Shown: piece by piece, positions 19,347 to 29,042 of the stretch | Position numbering within the stretch: the first letter of the stretch is position 1 | Layout of the letters: each line of letters opens with the position of its first letter | Position numbers and translations under genes: made by a program | Notes under the pieces: model-generated | The model's database searches: none | Told to the model about the DNA's origin: nothing | The model's input: the letters and a program-made list of their open reading frames with translations, nothing else | Virus record (IMG/VR): IMGVR_UViG_2908567220_000004 | DNA from: a virus | Taxonomy: Duplodnaviria > Heunggongvirae > Uroviricota > Caudoviricetes | Reading direction: 5' to 3' (one strand) | Length of the DNA: 35,453 bases

Positions 19347-21452
19347 TTATTGAGCTTCTTTTTGTGATGCCTGTGCGACTCTGGTGAGCGATTGTGTGAC
19401 CGTACTGATCGCTCTGTCATATGCTGTGCTACCTTTTGGCGTATTTGCCAGACGTAACAAGGCATTTCGTATAACAGGGCTTTCGTATGCCTTCGCTGCT
19501 CCGCCTACGGCACCAGCAGCAGGAACAACAAACGCAGCCGTTTTTAGCATCCCCGCTAATACTGCTGCGTTTATGATGCCACCACCAACTAACAATCCAT
19601 AAAGCTGCTGACCATTTAAGTTTTGAACGTTCGCTTTTGCCGCGTGTCTTGTATCGTTGAGGTATTTAATAACGCCGTCCAGTTCCTTTCCATGTACGCC
19701 TTTAAAGAAAGTTGCTGATTGCTTCCTGTTCCGGTGTAACGCATTAATAAACTTCTCAACACTGATATTTCCAGACGGATCAGTCGCCTTATCTACAGCA
19801 TTCTGAACTATGGCCGCTCGTGCGTTTTGCCTACCATTGTCATCCAGAAGCCTGTAAAGCTGAGAACGTTCTGATGGGCTTTGGCTAAAAACGAGTTTTG
19901 TTACATCCTCAGGCGTGGCCTTGCCGCTGGCTATTGCCTTTTGAACGCGCGTTCTTCCCATCATGTCATTGAATTTAGACCATGAGCGATCAACCCTTGC
20001 CATATTAATGGCTTCGTCTGCTCCAAGATTTTTGGCTACGGCTTTTTTCATATCCGCCGTATATGCCTTGTAGATAATATCGCTGGCTTTCTGGAGCGTA
20101 TCTTTATCAACAGTGTCAGATGACGCCATAAATCGCTTTCGAAGATCGGTTCTGTTTTCCCTCGCCAGACGCAGGTCATTTGGTCCGCTGGTGATATCGT
20201 CTTTAAATTGCTGCAAGACTTTTACCGCGGCTCTATCCTGAGATTTGCCCGGGCGGCTTAACACGGCAATCTGATTGTCGATAGCTTTTACCGTGTTTGA
20301 GAGATCGACAGGGGTATCCCCCATAGCGTCAATTATGCGGTTATATCGCTTTCCTGCTGCCTCAATGAATTTTTGTTGCCCTTTAGTCGCAGATTCATAA
20401 AGCTGTTTATCAGAAATGCCACCCAGACCATCGCTAAATGTTCTGACTAAATTTTCTCGTGCTTGTTGTTGATTCAGCCGATTCTTACCGGTTCCAAAAA
20501 AAGGAACTCTTTCGCCTAATGTCTGAGCCTGACTCTGCATAAAGGTTTTATCTTTCAGCATGTCACTGGTCATTAACGGCAGATTTCTTTCCGATGCAAA
20601 GTCGACAGCAGCCTTTGCTTCAGGCGACATATCACCACGAACAGCCCTCGAAACCGCACTCGCTGTATTTTCCAGCCCCTTACCAATACCACCAATGCCA
20701 GCAGAAATTACCGTTTGTAACGGATCAATATCTTCTCCACCAGCAAGGCTGGTGGCTCCCTGTAGTGCTAAATCTGTAGCTGCTGATTTTCCTATGGCAC
20801 CAAGCACCGTTCCAGCCCTGCCCGCTGGTGTAAACGCCAACGCATTAGCAAGAAACGAAGTCAGGTCTTGCGGTGATAAACCCGGCTTGTTCAGGGCATA
20901 ATCACCTGATGGCAGAGAAACGATAGTATTCCCCTTCTCATCCTGCCTTAATGTCGCCCCCATTCCCTGAAGAATCTTTTCCTGAGACGCGTCAGAGCCG
21001 AAAAGTTGAGACCATCCAGCCTTTAGGGCATCCATGCTTAGTGAGTTCAATTCTGGGGCAGAGGCGACATTTTGCAGTCTCTCCATCTCTGGAGTCATTC
21101 GGCTTTCGCCTGTTATAGCATCGCGCATCGCAGCCCCAAGACTGGCTCCCTGTTCTGCTGAACGCTCAAGCCCCTCTCTTTGCTGAGTAGCTAACTTTGC
21201 ATACCCTGACGCAAGAGAATTATCAGATGATGTATGTTGAATATTTTGAGTTGCTGATTGGGATCGGTCTATTTCATTCGTTGATGGTAGTGGATAGGCA
21301 GCATAAAAAGCCTGCTTAGCCTGCTCTACACTTTCTCCGGCTTGCGGGGCCACGACTTCATTGAAGTATTGCTCTTGAGCCTGCGCTTTTTGTTCTGGTG
21401 CTAACGCCTGATACTGTGGAGAAGCGATAACATCTTTCCATGCTTTAGCCAT
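19347..21452 (-). CDS. Phage DNA ejection/internal virion protein-like (P22 gp16 position)
   Basis: 701-aa ORF, Ala/Gln-rich with a C-terminal hydrophobic Gly/Ala-rich segment; last of four coupled genes whose order and sizes resemble the P22 14-7-20-16 module (from memory, no alignment). Confidence 0.45.
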   Translation of the reverse strand: MAKAWKDVIASPQYQALAPEQKAQAQEQYFNEVVAPQAGESVEQAKQAFYAAYPLPSTNEIDRSQSATQNIQHTSSDNSLASGYAKLATQQREGLERSAEQGASLGAAMRDAITGESRMTPEMERLQNVASAPELNSLSMDALKAGWSQLFGSDASQEKILQGMGATLRQDEKGNTIVSLPSGDYALNKPGLSPQDLTSFLANALAFTPAGRAGTVLGAIGKSAATDLALQGATSLAGGEDIDPLQTVISAGIGGIGKGLENTASAVSRAVRGDMSPEAKAAVDFASERNLPLMTSDMLKDKTFMQSQAQTLGERVPFFGTGKNRLNQQQARENLVRTFSDGLGGISDKQLYESATKGQQKFIEAAGKRYNRIIDAMGDTPVDLSNTVKAIDNQIAVLSRPGKSQDRAAVKVLQQFKDDITSGPNDLRLARENRTDLRKRFMASSDTVDKDTLQKASDIIYKAYTADMKKAVAKNLGADEAINMARVDRSWSKFNDMMGRTRVQKAIASGKATPEDVTKLVFSQSPSERSQLYRLLDDNGRQNARAAIVQNAVDKATDPSGNISVEKFINALHRNRKQSATFFKGVHGKELDGVIKYLNDTRHAAKANVQNLNGQQLYGLLVGGGIINAAVLAGMLKTAAFVVPAAGAVGGAAKAYESPVIRNALLRLANTPKGSTAYDRAISTVTQSLTRVAQASQKEAQ

Positions 21453-22873
21453 TAATCACCCCATAGTGAAGAAAAATTACTGCTGGCTGCTGGCTGTGAT
21501 ACCTGCTCAGATTGCGGCAATGTCTGCGACGAAGAAGAAGTTCCTCTGTCAACTGCTGAAATAACCCGCAAAGCATCATAAGCTCGACCAGAAGCAGCTT
21601 TCAGCGAATTGAACTGGTTTTCCATCTTCCGGCGCTTGGTATCAATGGTTTTTGTGGAATCACCAGGCTGAGGGAAATACATTTGATAATATTTGGACAT
21701 TTCAGCTGGTAGGATAGATGCCCCTGTTTCCTGACGGAGTATTGCCATTATTGCGTCATTAGCATTAACAACGTATTGCTGCTCTATTGGGCTGAGCGTT
21801 AAGTTAGCCAGCGTCCCATTACCCAAAGCATTATTAATGATCGCCACTCGCTGTGGGCTAAGCTGGTCTTTCAGTGTATCTATTGAATCAAGAGCATCCC
21901 TAACCCTGTATGCAAATCCAGCAGCTTTTTTAGCCCCTTCTGGCGACTTTTCCATGATCTTTTGGGCTGTTGGCAAAGCTATTGGACGAAACCCATCTCC
22001 AGATATTGGCTGGTTTAGTTTTCCCTGCTCTTCACTTCCGTCTGTGTAGTATTTTGTGACAGTGCCATCATCGTTTTCTCTAACACTCATTAATTTTTTG
22101 GCGTTTGTATTAATTCCAGCCGCTGCCGCAAATGCCGCCGCCCCCTCTGGATCCGCCTTTAACATTTGAGCGTACTGATTGTAATTCTGCATTGCTGCTG
22201 TTGGTGCATATGCTGACGTTAACGCATTTGCTCGGCTAATATCCTGCCCTCTCGCCTGAAGTGCTTCGCCAGCCTGATTGCTGCGGATTGTTTCTGCCAA
22301 CTTGCCACGCTCAATATCCCGACCTTCCATTTGATCTTTGATATCGAAATACTTCTCATGACCGAGAGAAAACAGTGCCATACTACCAGCAAGCCGCTGG
22401 AATCCCTGTGGATCATTAACATGCATTTCGGCAACAGACTCAGGAGAAATTCCCAAGCGACGCATTTCATCTTCGTTATCTGCTATGAATTTTCCAAATG
22501 CCCCAGTTCCGAGCGAAGATGCGATTTGAGCACTAGTCGCAAGATGACCAATAGAATTTCTCTGGTCGTCATCAATAAAGCCCATCCCTTTCTGAACGCT
22601 TTCAAATTCTTCTGGATACTCAGAAATAAGACTGCGCATTTTGTTTCTGTCTCCAGACTCAAAAGCCCCGGCATATGCTTTCTGAAACTCTGCTTTACGC
22701 TGTTGTTGACGTGCCTGCTGATTAATCTCAGCAACGCCTCTTAGCCCCTGTAGCGCCATTAAACCTACGTTTGGCTGCTGCTGATACTGCACAGGCTGAG
22801 GAACGGAAGAACGAGGAGCATTATCATTTTGCGGTGCCATGCTAGGCAGCCCGCCAAGTTGCCATGTCGCCAT
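21452..22873 (-). CDS. Phage ejection protein-like (P22 gp20 position)
   Basis: 473-aa ORF, start/stop overlap with neighbours. Confidence 0.45.
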   Translation of the reverse strand: MATWQLGGLPSMAPQNDNAPRSSVPQPVQYQQQPNVGLMALQGLRGVAEINQQARQQQRKAEFQKAYAGAFESGDRNKMRSLISEYPEEFESVQKGMGFIDDDQRNSIGHLATSAQIASSLGTGAFGKFIADNEDEMRRLGISPESVAEMHVNDPQGFQRLAGSMALFSLGHEKYFDIKDQMEGRDIERGKLAETIRSNQAGEALQARGQDISRANALTSAYAPTAAMQNYNQYAQMLKADPEGAAAFAAAAGINTNAKKLMSVRENDDGTVTKYYTDGSEEQGKLNQPISGDGFRPIALPTAQKIMEKSPEGAKKAAGFAYRVRDALDSIDTLKDQLSPQRVAIINNALGNGTLANLTLSPIEQQYVVNANDAIMAILRQETGASILPAEMSKYYQMYFPQPGDSTKTIDTKRRKMENQFNSLKAASGRAYDALRVISAVDRGTSSSSQTLPQSEQVSQPAASSNFSSLWGD

Positions 22874-23550
22874 TAGAATCCAAGCCCCCCAACAAGACCA
22901 ATAAGCCCACCACCAATAGCCCCGGCGACATTACCTATACCCGGAACAACGGAACCAAGTTGCGCACCCGCTAAAGCGCCTGATGCCGCCCCACCAATAC
23001 CACGCGCAAGACTGGATGGCTGCTGCGCCTGACCTGCACGAATAGCGCCAAGCCCCTGCAAGAGTTGCCCGGTATTATTGGCGTAGTTTTGCCCTGCTGT
23101 TGCCTGCCCTGATGCCGCATTCATCCCGACATTTAGCAGGTTTCCATAATTTTGCATTTGCCCACTAAGCCAATTGTTATAAAGCATGGGCGCAATGGAA
23201 GATAACTGGTTACTGGTAGCTGTTGAGCCAAGCCCCCCGGTAGCTTCTGCTGAGACAAGGTTCTGATAACGGGCCTGATCTGCCTGTGTTTTATATAAAC
23301 CAGAACCAAAGAAATCATTCGCGGCTTTATTCTGCCCTTCCAGAGTCATCAGTCCTTGTAGTTGTTGTAAAGCAGGCAATCCGACTTCTGCATACGGCTT
23401 GAGATTATTCATCACCGTATTCCACTGCTCGCGCTGCAAATCAATTGCCTGCTGCTGGGCCTTCGCCTGAGCTTTAGAGGCACCACCATCACCGCCTTTT
23501 TCGTATACGGCACGATTGAGATGTTTATGAGCTATGTGGGTAATTAACAT
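22873..23550 (-). CDS. Phage ejection protein-like (P22 gp7 position), Gly-rich hydrophobic C-terminus
   Basis: 225-aa ORF ending ..GIGGAASGALAGAQLGSVVPGIGNVAGAIGGGLIGLVGGLGF. Confidence 0.45.
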   Translation of the reverse strand: MLITHIAHKHLNRAVYEKGGDGGASKAQAKAQQQAIDLQREQWNTVMNNLKPYAEVGLPALQQLQGLMTLEGQNKAANDFFGSGLYKTQADQARYQNLVSAEATGGLGSTATSNQLSSIAPMLYNNWLSGQMQNYGNLLNVGMNAASGQATAGQNYANNTGQLLQGLGAIRAGQAQQPSSLARGIGGAASGALAGAQLGSVVPGIGNVAGAIGGGLIGLVGGLGF

Positions 23551-24005
23551 TCGCTGAATTCCTTATATTGTTGCCGAGTTAACTGATAAAGCGTTACGCC
23601 GACGGGTTTACCACATCTGATATAAGCATCATCAAGGTGACCAACACGGGTAGCGCCAAGCAAACGGATAATTGCCCGTCCGTATTTGGTGGTGTCAGGA
23701 ACCATGGTAATGCTGTTAAGGAATGGTGAGTTTTCGAGAAGCCATTTGCAGAATAATCGATGCCCTTGCAGTGCATATTCACCACGGAATCCGGGGTCGT
23801 ACACCGCATGGCATTCAACAACGCTATGCCAGAAGTTACGCACTTCATGAACGCCAGCCAGCACTAATCCTTCGTAGATGCCGAGATATACCGCATCAGG
23901 CTTGATGTAGTACGTGTGCCCCGGCTCAACAATATTTTCGGTATTGCCTGGCTCGTTAAGAAAGGCCTGTAATCGCACAGGGTTATCAATAAATTTTAGT
24001 TCCAT
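23544..24005 (-). CDS. Hypothetical phage protein (P22 gp14 position)
   Basis: 153-aa ORF overlapping the next gene start. Confidence 0.4.
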   Translation of the reverse strand: MELKFIDNPVRLQAFLNEPGNTENIVEPGHTYYIKPDAVYLGIYEGLVLAGVHEVRNFWHSVVECHAVYDPGFRGEYALQGHRLFCKWLLENSPFLNSITMVPDTTKYGRAIIRLLGATRVGHLDDAYIRCGKPVGVTLYQLTRQQYKEFSEC

Positions 24006-24021
24006 GCGATGCCATCCATTT

Positions 24022-24183
24022 TCACATACAGCCTGCCAGCGCCTTATCTATTAACCCTCGTGCAATTTCATGCAGAGTTGGCGCTACTCCAATTCCTGAT
24101 TTTTTACGCTGCTCTTCCTGAATTTTCTTTATCGCTTCCATTTGCTTCTCACTTATCAATACCGGCTTTACTGAAATAGCCAT
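24022..24183 (-). CDS. Small putative DNA-binding protein (ribbon-helix-helix-like)
   Basis: 53-aa product from ATG 24183 with AAGGGG RBS (MAISVKPVLISEKQMEAIKKIQEEQRKK..); first gene of the minus-strand operon. Confidence 0.4.
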   Translation of the reverse strand: MAISVKPVLISEKQMEAIKKIQEEQRKKSGIGVAPTLHEIARGLIDKALAGCM

Positions 24184-24336
24184 AACGCCCCTTAGAACTG
24201 TATAAAACAACAGTTATTATAGTTTCACAAATCGCAATATTCATCATCGTAATTGCAAAATATGAAACAAATAGCACAAAAAAATGCCACCGCTCAGTAG
24301 CTGGTGGCATCGTTCTGTGTGTCAGGTTTTGACAGG

Positions 24337-24360
24337 TTTTTTATGGACTCTAAAAACTAT
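24337..24360. promoter_or_regulatory. Conserved 24-bp motif upstream of the ejection-module operon (copy 1)
   Basis: TTTTTTATGGACTCTAAAAACTAT versus TTTTTTATGGACTCCGAAAACTCA at 30213-30236 (21 of 24 identical). Confidence 0.4.
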
Positions 24361-24504
24361 ATTTATGGTGTCGCATTACTCTTCACGGCAGGCGCTTTTC
24401 AGTTCTGCCCTTGCTTCTGGCTCCATTGGTAATTTGATTCGCGATCAGCTATGCGGATGGTTTGCTGAACAGGCATAACAACTTCTCAGAGGCTGTTTTT
24501 TGAA

Positions 24505-24582
24505 CTACGAAAATTTCGTAGTGCTCACTTTCAAAAACGTCACGCCCTTGTACACAGGATTTTACGAAAGTCTCGTAAAACA
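24505..24582. promoter_or_regulatory. Palindromic operator-like motifs CTACGAAAATTTCGTAG and TTACGAAAGTCTCGTAA
   Basis: Same palindrome family as at 15661-15700. Confidence 0.4.
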
Positions 24583-24627
24583 CTCTCTGATGCCAGCCAG
24601 GTGTTGTGCGCATCAATTCAGTCACAT

Positions 24628-24748
24628 TGTGTTGGTTCAAAATACCGTGTTGTTGGTTCAGTGTTGGTTCAATAAAAAGAATAAAATCCTTATAAAACAA
24701 TACTCTTTACAAATTGAACCAACTGAACCAACTGAACCAACACCTTTT
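24628..24748. repeat. Iteron cluster downstream of the primase gene (candidate ori)
   Basis: Three direct TGTTGGTTCA copies (24628-24671) and three inverted copies (24710-24748). Confidence 0.7.
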
Positions 24749-24766
24749 CTACGCACATGAAGAAGC

Positions 24767-27526
24767 TCATTCTTCAGATGAGTTATAATCTCCTGGCTGG
24801 TAATTGAGTACATAAACGTTTATTTGTCGTCCCTGAATACGTGGTGATTTTCTTTGGTATCCACGACCGCTGTTTGGTGGGGTTAGCATCCCGGCTTTTT
24901 TCAACACTTCAGCAAACTGTTTTGCGTTGAAACCACATGCGATCTCCTTTTCAAATGTGGCCGGGAATGTGTAGAAAATCATTGGGCTTTCGTCATGTTC
25001 TCCACGCTGACGGTATCCGGCTAAATCTTTGATGGGCAAATCTGCCGGGCTGTATGGAAATGGTGCAAAACGGCTAAGCCCATAGGCATTAAGAAATGCC
25101 TCCGTTTGTTCAATAATCTGCTGATGCTCTTTGTTACCTGTGCCGAACTCGCGCAACCATGCGTTATAGCTGTGCTGTATCGCATCACGGCATGTCTGAG
25201 CATCCCAGCCTGTTACAACCTCGCCTAACAACAATGCGGCCTCCAGAATGGCAAATCGCGCGGCTACACGGTGAACCTGCTCACCATAATCGGATGGGAT
25301 CAGGCTTCTCCATCTGCTTTCGCAATCACGAACGGTTTTAATAGCCTGTTGCTGGTGGTCTGCCAGCCATTTAATCCACTCACGCCCGGACGCGCCGTGG
25401 TGATGCTGGTAAGCGTCTTTCAGTGCGTCTGCGTGCTGTTTTCCGTTCTGGTAATCGTGAAAGCGTACTGCTTTACTCAACGGAATATTCAGCAGTCGCA
25501 CCAGTTGCCCGGCTTTGGTTTTTCGCCCGGAAGTAGCGATAAATGTTTCTAAATCCATTTCTCCGGTGCTGATTGCCACTGTACGCCAACGTTTTAGATC
25601 CCGGTTTCCACCATCTTTAGCGCCTTGCAGTTTCCCTACACCGTTAAATAACGCATAGGCAGACTGTGAAACGCTGACAGGATCAGCGCCCTGACCAACT
25701 TCATCAAGCGGCATTAGTCCGTCATTGTGGGCGGCGGCCTCATTTGCCAGCCCCAGCGCGGTTCCGTACCACGTCAGCCGCAGTAAATCAGGGTTGCCGT
25801 ATAAGCTGCTCGCCACGTTTGCCGTGGTGGTCTTACCTGCGCTCGACTGCTCATAGAAATGAATGCCGAACCCGTCAGCGCCCACCAGCCCAATCAATGG
25901 CGCTGCCAGTGCTGCGCCGATCCCGGTCATCATTGAATAGTTACCAAAGGCCAGACGCGCCACGTTATCACGCCAGCTTTTCGCGCTCCCTAAGACGGTA
26001 TATCCGGCTGCGGCTGAGCTTCTCCCGCTGAACAGCACAGGATTTTCAGGTGTTCCGATGATTTCCCCATCAGGCATGATGTACGCTCCGCATTGCCAGC
26101 CAGTGGCATGAGCAACACGCCACAATTCACGAGAGCCACTGCGTTGTAGCCAGTCTGCCAGTATTGCTCTGAGGCTGCTTTTGGTCGTGACATTTACCCC
26201 ACCAGCTTTAAGTGTGCGCCATCCTTCACGTTCACCAATATCAGCCAGTGGAATGGCAGCGGTTGTCGGCGTTTCAGAACCAAACGACAGCCAGCGAAGA
26301 ATGAGATACTGGTCTTTATCGTCTCTGCCAGTACCGATAACGCTTAACGGAGAACATAACCAGCTTTCGTTATTGATGATTTCTCCACTCTGGCTGTCAG
26401 CTCTCGGAGATACCCAATAAATACCATCCTCGCGGCTTTCTATTCTTGGTTTCAGTGGGTCGGTATCCATAACCTTAAAATCGCTTCCCTCAATGGTCTG
26501 TGGCTCCTGTTTCACGCCATCACCCTGTGGTTGGTACATTGACTTATTGAACGCTTCTGTGGCGCATTTAATGCCGTGTTTTTGGTGGTAATCATTCCAG
26601 TCTGCTTTGTGATCTGTCGGGGGTAATGCCACCCATCCAGAAACAGATAAAGCTGCTTTTTCTGCTGCTATTCTCCCCGTGTTTTGTCTTCCTTCGCTGT
26701 GGTCGTTATCCGCAGCAATGATGATTTGTGCTGAAGGAAATTTATCCCGCAGTACCTGGGCGACATATAACAGGTTCCCGGCATCAATCGCCGCCACTGT
26801 CAGCGCCTCTGGACGAATTAAATGGGCAGATAATGCCGTTGCCAGCCCTTCTGCGATTAAGATGCTCTGTGTTGTTTCTGGTGCGTTTATGGCGTGATAT
26901 GCCCCCCGCTTTGCTGAACCTGTCAGGAGTCTTTTTTCACCATGTGAGGTAATAGTCTGTGCTGCTGTTACTGCGCCGGATTTATCCACCAGCGCCAGCA
27001 ACAGAGATCCATCGGGCAACACGGGGAATGTAAAATCACCTACCCCTTTCGCAACCAGATAATCAGATTTGCCGTTTACAGCCTTTCTGCGCATGTCATC
27101 AAACTGACGGGAAAACGTATCCCGTCTTTGTTGTTCGTCCTTCTCTGCCCTTTTCAGGCGCTCCTGTTCGCGTCGCTGGCGCTCGGTTTCCAGTTGTTCC
27201 CGTTTCTGGCTGGTGGCTTCTGGTGTTTCCGTTGTCCGGTAATCAATACCCAGAACATCAGCGGCAAGAAGCGCCGCCTCTGTTGTGTCGCAGTTATTTA
27301 CGCGTTTAATTAAATCCAGCCCATCACCAGCGCCGCACTGATTACAGATGAAGCTACCGCGCCCGTTGTCATCGAACCGGAATCGATCTTTGCCCCCACA
27401 TGCAGGGCAGGGAGCATGACGGCGCGGAGAGTCAGGGACATTTATGTTCAGGCAGCCCAGCACATGAGGCCAGTTGTTTTCAGACGCACTGATAACCTGA
27501 CGGATAAGATCAATGTTTCGCATCAC
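24767..27526 (-). CDS. P4 alpha-type primase-helicase
   Basis: 919-aa ORF: N-terminal zinc ribbon (CPACGGKDRFRFDD..CNQCGAGDG), TOPRIM-like IIIAADNDHSEGRQNTG, Walker A-like SSAGKTT. Confidence 0.85.
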   Translation of the reverse strand: MMRNIDLIRQVISASENNWPHVLGCLNINVPDSPRRHAPCPACGGKDRFRFDDNGRGSFICNQCGAGDGLDLIKRVNNCDTTEAALLAADVLGIDYRTTETPEATSQKREQLETERQRREQERLKRAEKDEQQRRDTFSRQFDDMRRKAVNGKSDYLVAKGVGDFTFPVLPDGSLLLALVDKSGAVTAAQTITSHGEKRLLTGSAKRGAYHAINAPETTQSILIAEGLATALSAHLIRPEALTVAAIDAGNLLYVAQVLRDKFPSAQIIIAADNDHSEGRQNTGRIAAEKAALSVSGWVALPPTDHKADWNDYHQKHGIKCATEAFNKSMYQPQGDGVKQEPQTIEGSDFKVMDTDPLKPRIESREDGIYWVSPRADSQSGEIINNESWLCSPLSVIGTGRDDKDQYLILRWLSFGSETPTTAAIPLADIGEREGWRTLKAGGVNVTTKSSLRAILADWLQRSGSRELWRVAHATGWQCGAYIMPDGEIIGTPENPVLFSGRSSAAAGYTVLGSAKSWRDNVARLAFGNYSMMTGIGAALAAPLIGLVGADGFGIHFYEQSSAGKTTTANVASSLYGNPDLLRLTWYGTALGLANEAAAHNDGLMPLDEVGQGADPVSVSQSAYALFNGVGKLQGAKDGGNRDLKRWRTVAISTGEMDLETFIATSGRKTKAGQLVRLLNIPLSKAVRFHDYQNGKQHADALKDAYQHHHGASGREWIKWLADHQQQAIKTVRDCESRWRSLIPSDYGEQVHRVAARFAILEAALLLGEVVTGWDAQTCRDAIQHSYNAWLREFGTGNKEHQQIIEQTEAFLNAYGLSRFAPFPYSPADLPIKDLAGYRQRGEHDESPMIFYTFPATFEKEIACGFNAKQFAEVLKKAGMLTPPNSGRGYQRKSPRIQGRQINVYVLNYQPGDYNSSEE

Positions 27527-27881
27527 CGTACCCCACGTGGTCTATAGCGTTTGCGATATGGCTAACCAGCATCTGCCACTTGGTTATTCCGTAATCAGTC
27601 AGCATGCCATCATTGTTTAGCCACATATCAAATTCAGCGGTTGTCGCAAGTTTCCACTTATCGCCGTGGGCAGTCCTCATTGCTGGGTACATGAATGCGC
27701 AAATCAGATCACAAACATCTGACGGCTTCAGAGATGTAGTAATGGTGCGTCCCTCTGGCGTCTGAATTGCCATTTTCTCTTCACCAGTAGAATGAAGGTT
27801 ATGAATCCACACAGCACCAGCAATCTTTGCCACCTGCTCTCCGATTGCGGAGCTAAGCGCCATTTCTGCATTTTCACGCAT
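27510..27881 (-). CDS. Hypothetical protein (alpha operon)
   Basis: 123-aa ORF overlapping the primase start. Confidence 0.55.
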   Translation of the reverse strand: MRENAEMALSSAIGEQVAKIAGAVWIHNLHSTGEEKMAIQTPEGRTITTSLKPSDVCDLICAFMYPAMRTAHGDKWKLATTAEFDMWLNNDGMLTDYGITKWQMLVSHIANAIDHVGYGDAKH

Positions 27882-28215
27882 GAGAACCTCCCGCTACAGT
27901 TGCGCCCATGTCATTAACCATGCTTTGCCATATCTCACGCCCGACGTCAGTCAATCCGTCCTTAGTGACGCAACGATCAAGAAGCTCGATCCCCACGGTT
28001 TCCCACTGCGGGTAGAACACTTTCATGGCTGCCAGTGTGTAGCTATCGATCAGGCTGCGAACGCCTTTTACTCCATTGACGATTTCCACACGGACGGCCT
28101 CGCCGTCCGCATCAACCATGAAATAGTCCCCGCCGCTGGTGGAGGTAATGTGGTTATACAGTGCCGACGCATACTTATTTGCCAGCGCATTCAGTCGGAA
28201 ATTTTTAGTAATCAT
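27874..28215 (-). CDS. Hypothetical protein (alpha operon)
   Basis: 113-aa ORF, overlaps the downstream gene start. Confidence 0.55.
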   Translation of the reverse strand: MITKNFRLNALANKYASALYNHITSTSGGDYFMVDADGEAVRVEIVNGVKGVRSLIDSYTLAAMKVFYPQWETVGIELLDRCVTKDGLTDVGREIWQSMVNDMGATVAGGSHA

Positions 28216-28225
28216 GGTTCCATCC

Positions 28226-28828
28226 TCAGTGCGTCACTGGTTCCGCTGGCATGCCGTTTTCATTCAGTTCAGCTATAAAGCTGTTGTGAAGTTCAGCAAG
28301 CGTTTCACGACCAAATGGAGTCAGTGCTCCTTGTTCCACATCCATCATGGCTCTGTAGAAAATGATGGCGCGTTCTGTGCCAGACTCGATGCCAAAACGT
28401 TCTATCATCGCGCCCTCAATGTTGTTTGCCATAGCGAGGCGCTCTGCTACTGGATACAGCGGCATGGCGACGATGCCGTTGGAATAAACAGCCACTTCGG
28501 AAGGATTGCCAGTATCATCAATGATGCTGACAGTGCCGTTTTCCTCTCTCATTTCCAGCATGAATACTGTTGCGATCAGCCATCTCCACATAATGACGTT
28601 ATGCTGTGATGTGTAATCGAAATATCCCTGGTTGCCGCCATCGGCTATAGCGAGATGTATTGACATACCTTCATCTGGTTTATCGTCATAATCCCCGGCA
28701 TCCAGACGATTTACGGCATCAATATATGAGACGGCCTCAACGCGTTCTGTCATGCCATCGTTGCTGCGGTACATGATGTTTACGCCGTCAGGCGTTGCTT
28801 CTGCATGGAAAGTTAAGAAATTATTCAT
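28226..28828 (-). CDS. Hypothetical protein (alpha operon)
   Basis: 200-aa product from MNNFLTFHAE; ATGAATAA overlap with the upstream gene. Confidence 0.55.
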   Translation of the reverse strand: MNNFLTFHAEATPDGVNIMYRSNDGMTERVEAVSYIDAVNRLDAGDYDDKPDEGMSIHLAIADGGNQGYFDYTSQHNVIMWRWLIATVFMLEMREENGTVSIIDDTGNPSEVAVYSNGIVAMPLYPVAERLAMANNIEGAMIERFGIESGTERAIIFYRAMMDVEQGALTPFGRETLAELHNSFIAELNENGMPAEPVTH

Positions 28829-29042
28829 GTTTCGCCTCGCCTGAATGATTCTGTAACTCATATTTGCCCAACAATTCGTCTGCTTCCTGAATAGCTTCTG
28901 GTACGCCATTGAGCAGTGACATAACCGCGCCAATCATTAACTTGTCTCTGTTGCTGGGGCTGGCCCCTTCAAGCCAGAACCCTAAAACAGTCTGAACCTG
29001 TTCGATGCGACATTGTGCTTCAATGAGCTGGATGTTGGTCAT
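28821..29042 (-). CDS. Hypothetical small protein
   Basis: 73-aa ORF, translationally coupled. Confidence 0.5.
   Translation of the reverse strand: MTNIQLIEAQCRIEQVQTVLGFWLEGASPSNRDKLMIGAVMSLLNGVPEAIQEADELLGKYELQNHSGEAKHE

Noticed and set aside
19384..20901. Plus-strand ORFs (72 and 113 aa) inside the 701-aa gene
   Set aside because: Antisense to a long uninterrupted ORF within a translationally coupled operon; Ala/Pro-rich translations typical of shadow frames.
16153..24748. CRISPR array or invertible DNA switch formed by the TGGTTCA repeats
   Set aside because: Repeats are 9-10 bp with no uniform spacers and no cas genes, so not CRISPR. No site-specific invertase gene in the window; placement beside an alpha-type primase fits replication iterons better. 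Inversion remains a minor possibility.
25744..26420. Plus-strand ORFs inside the primase-helicase gene
   Set aside because: Antisense shadow ORFs; the minus-strand 919-aa ORF has clear primase and helicase motifs.
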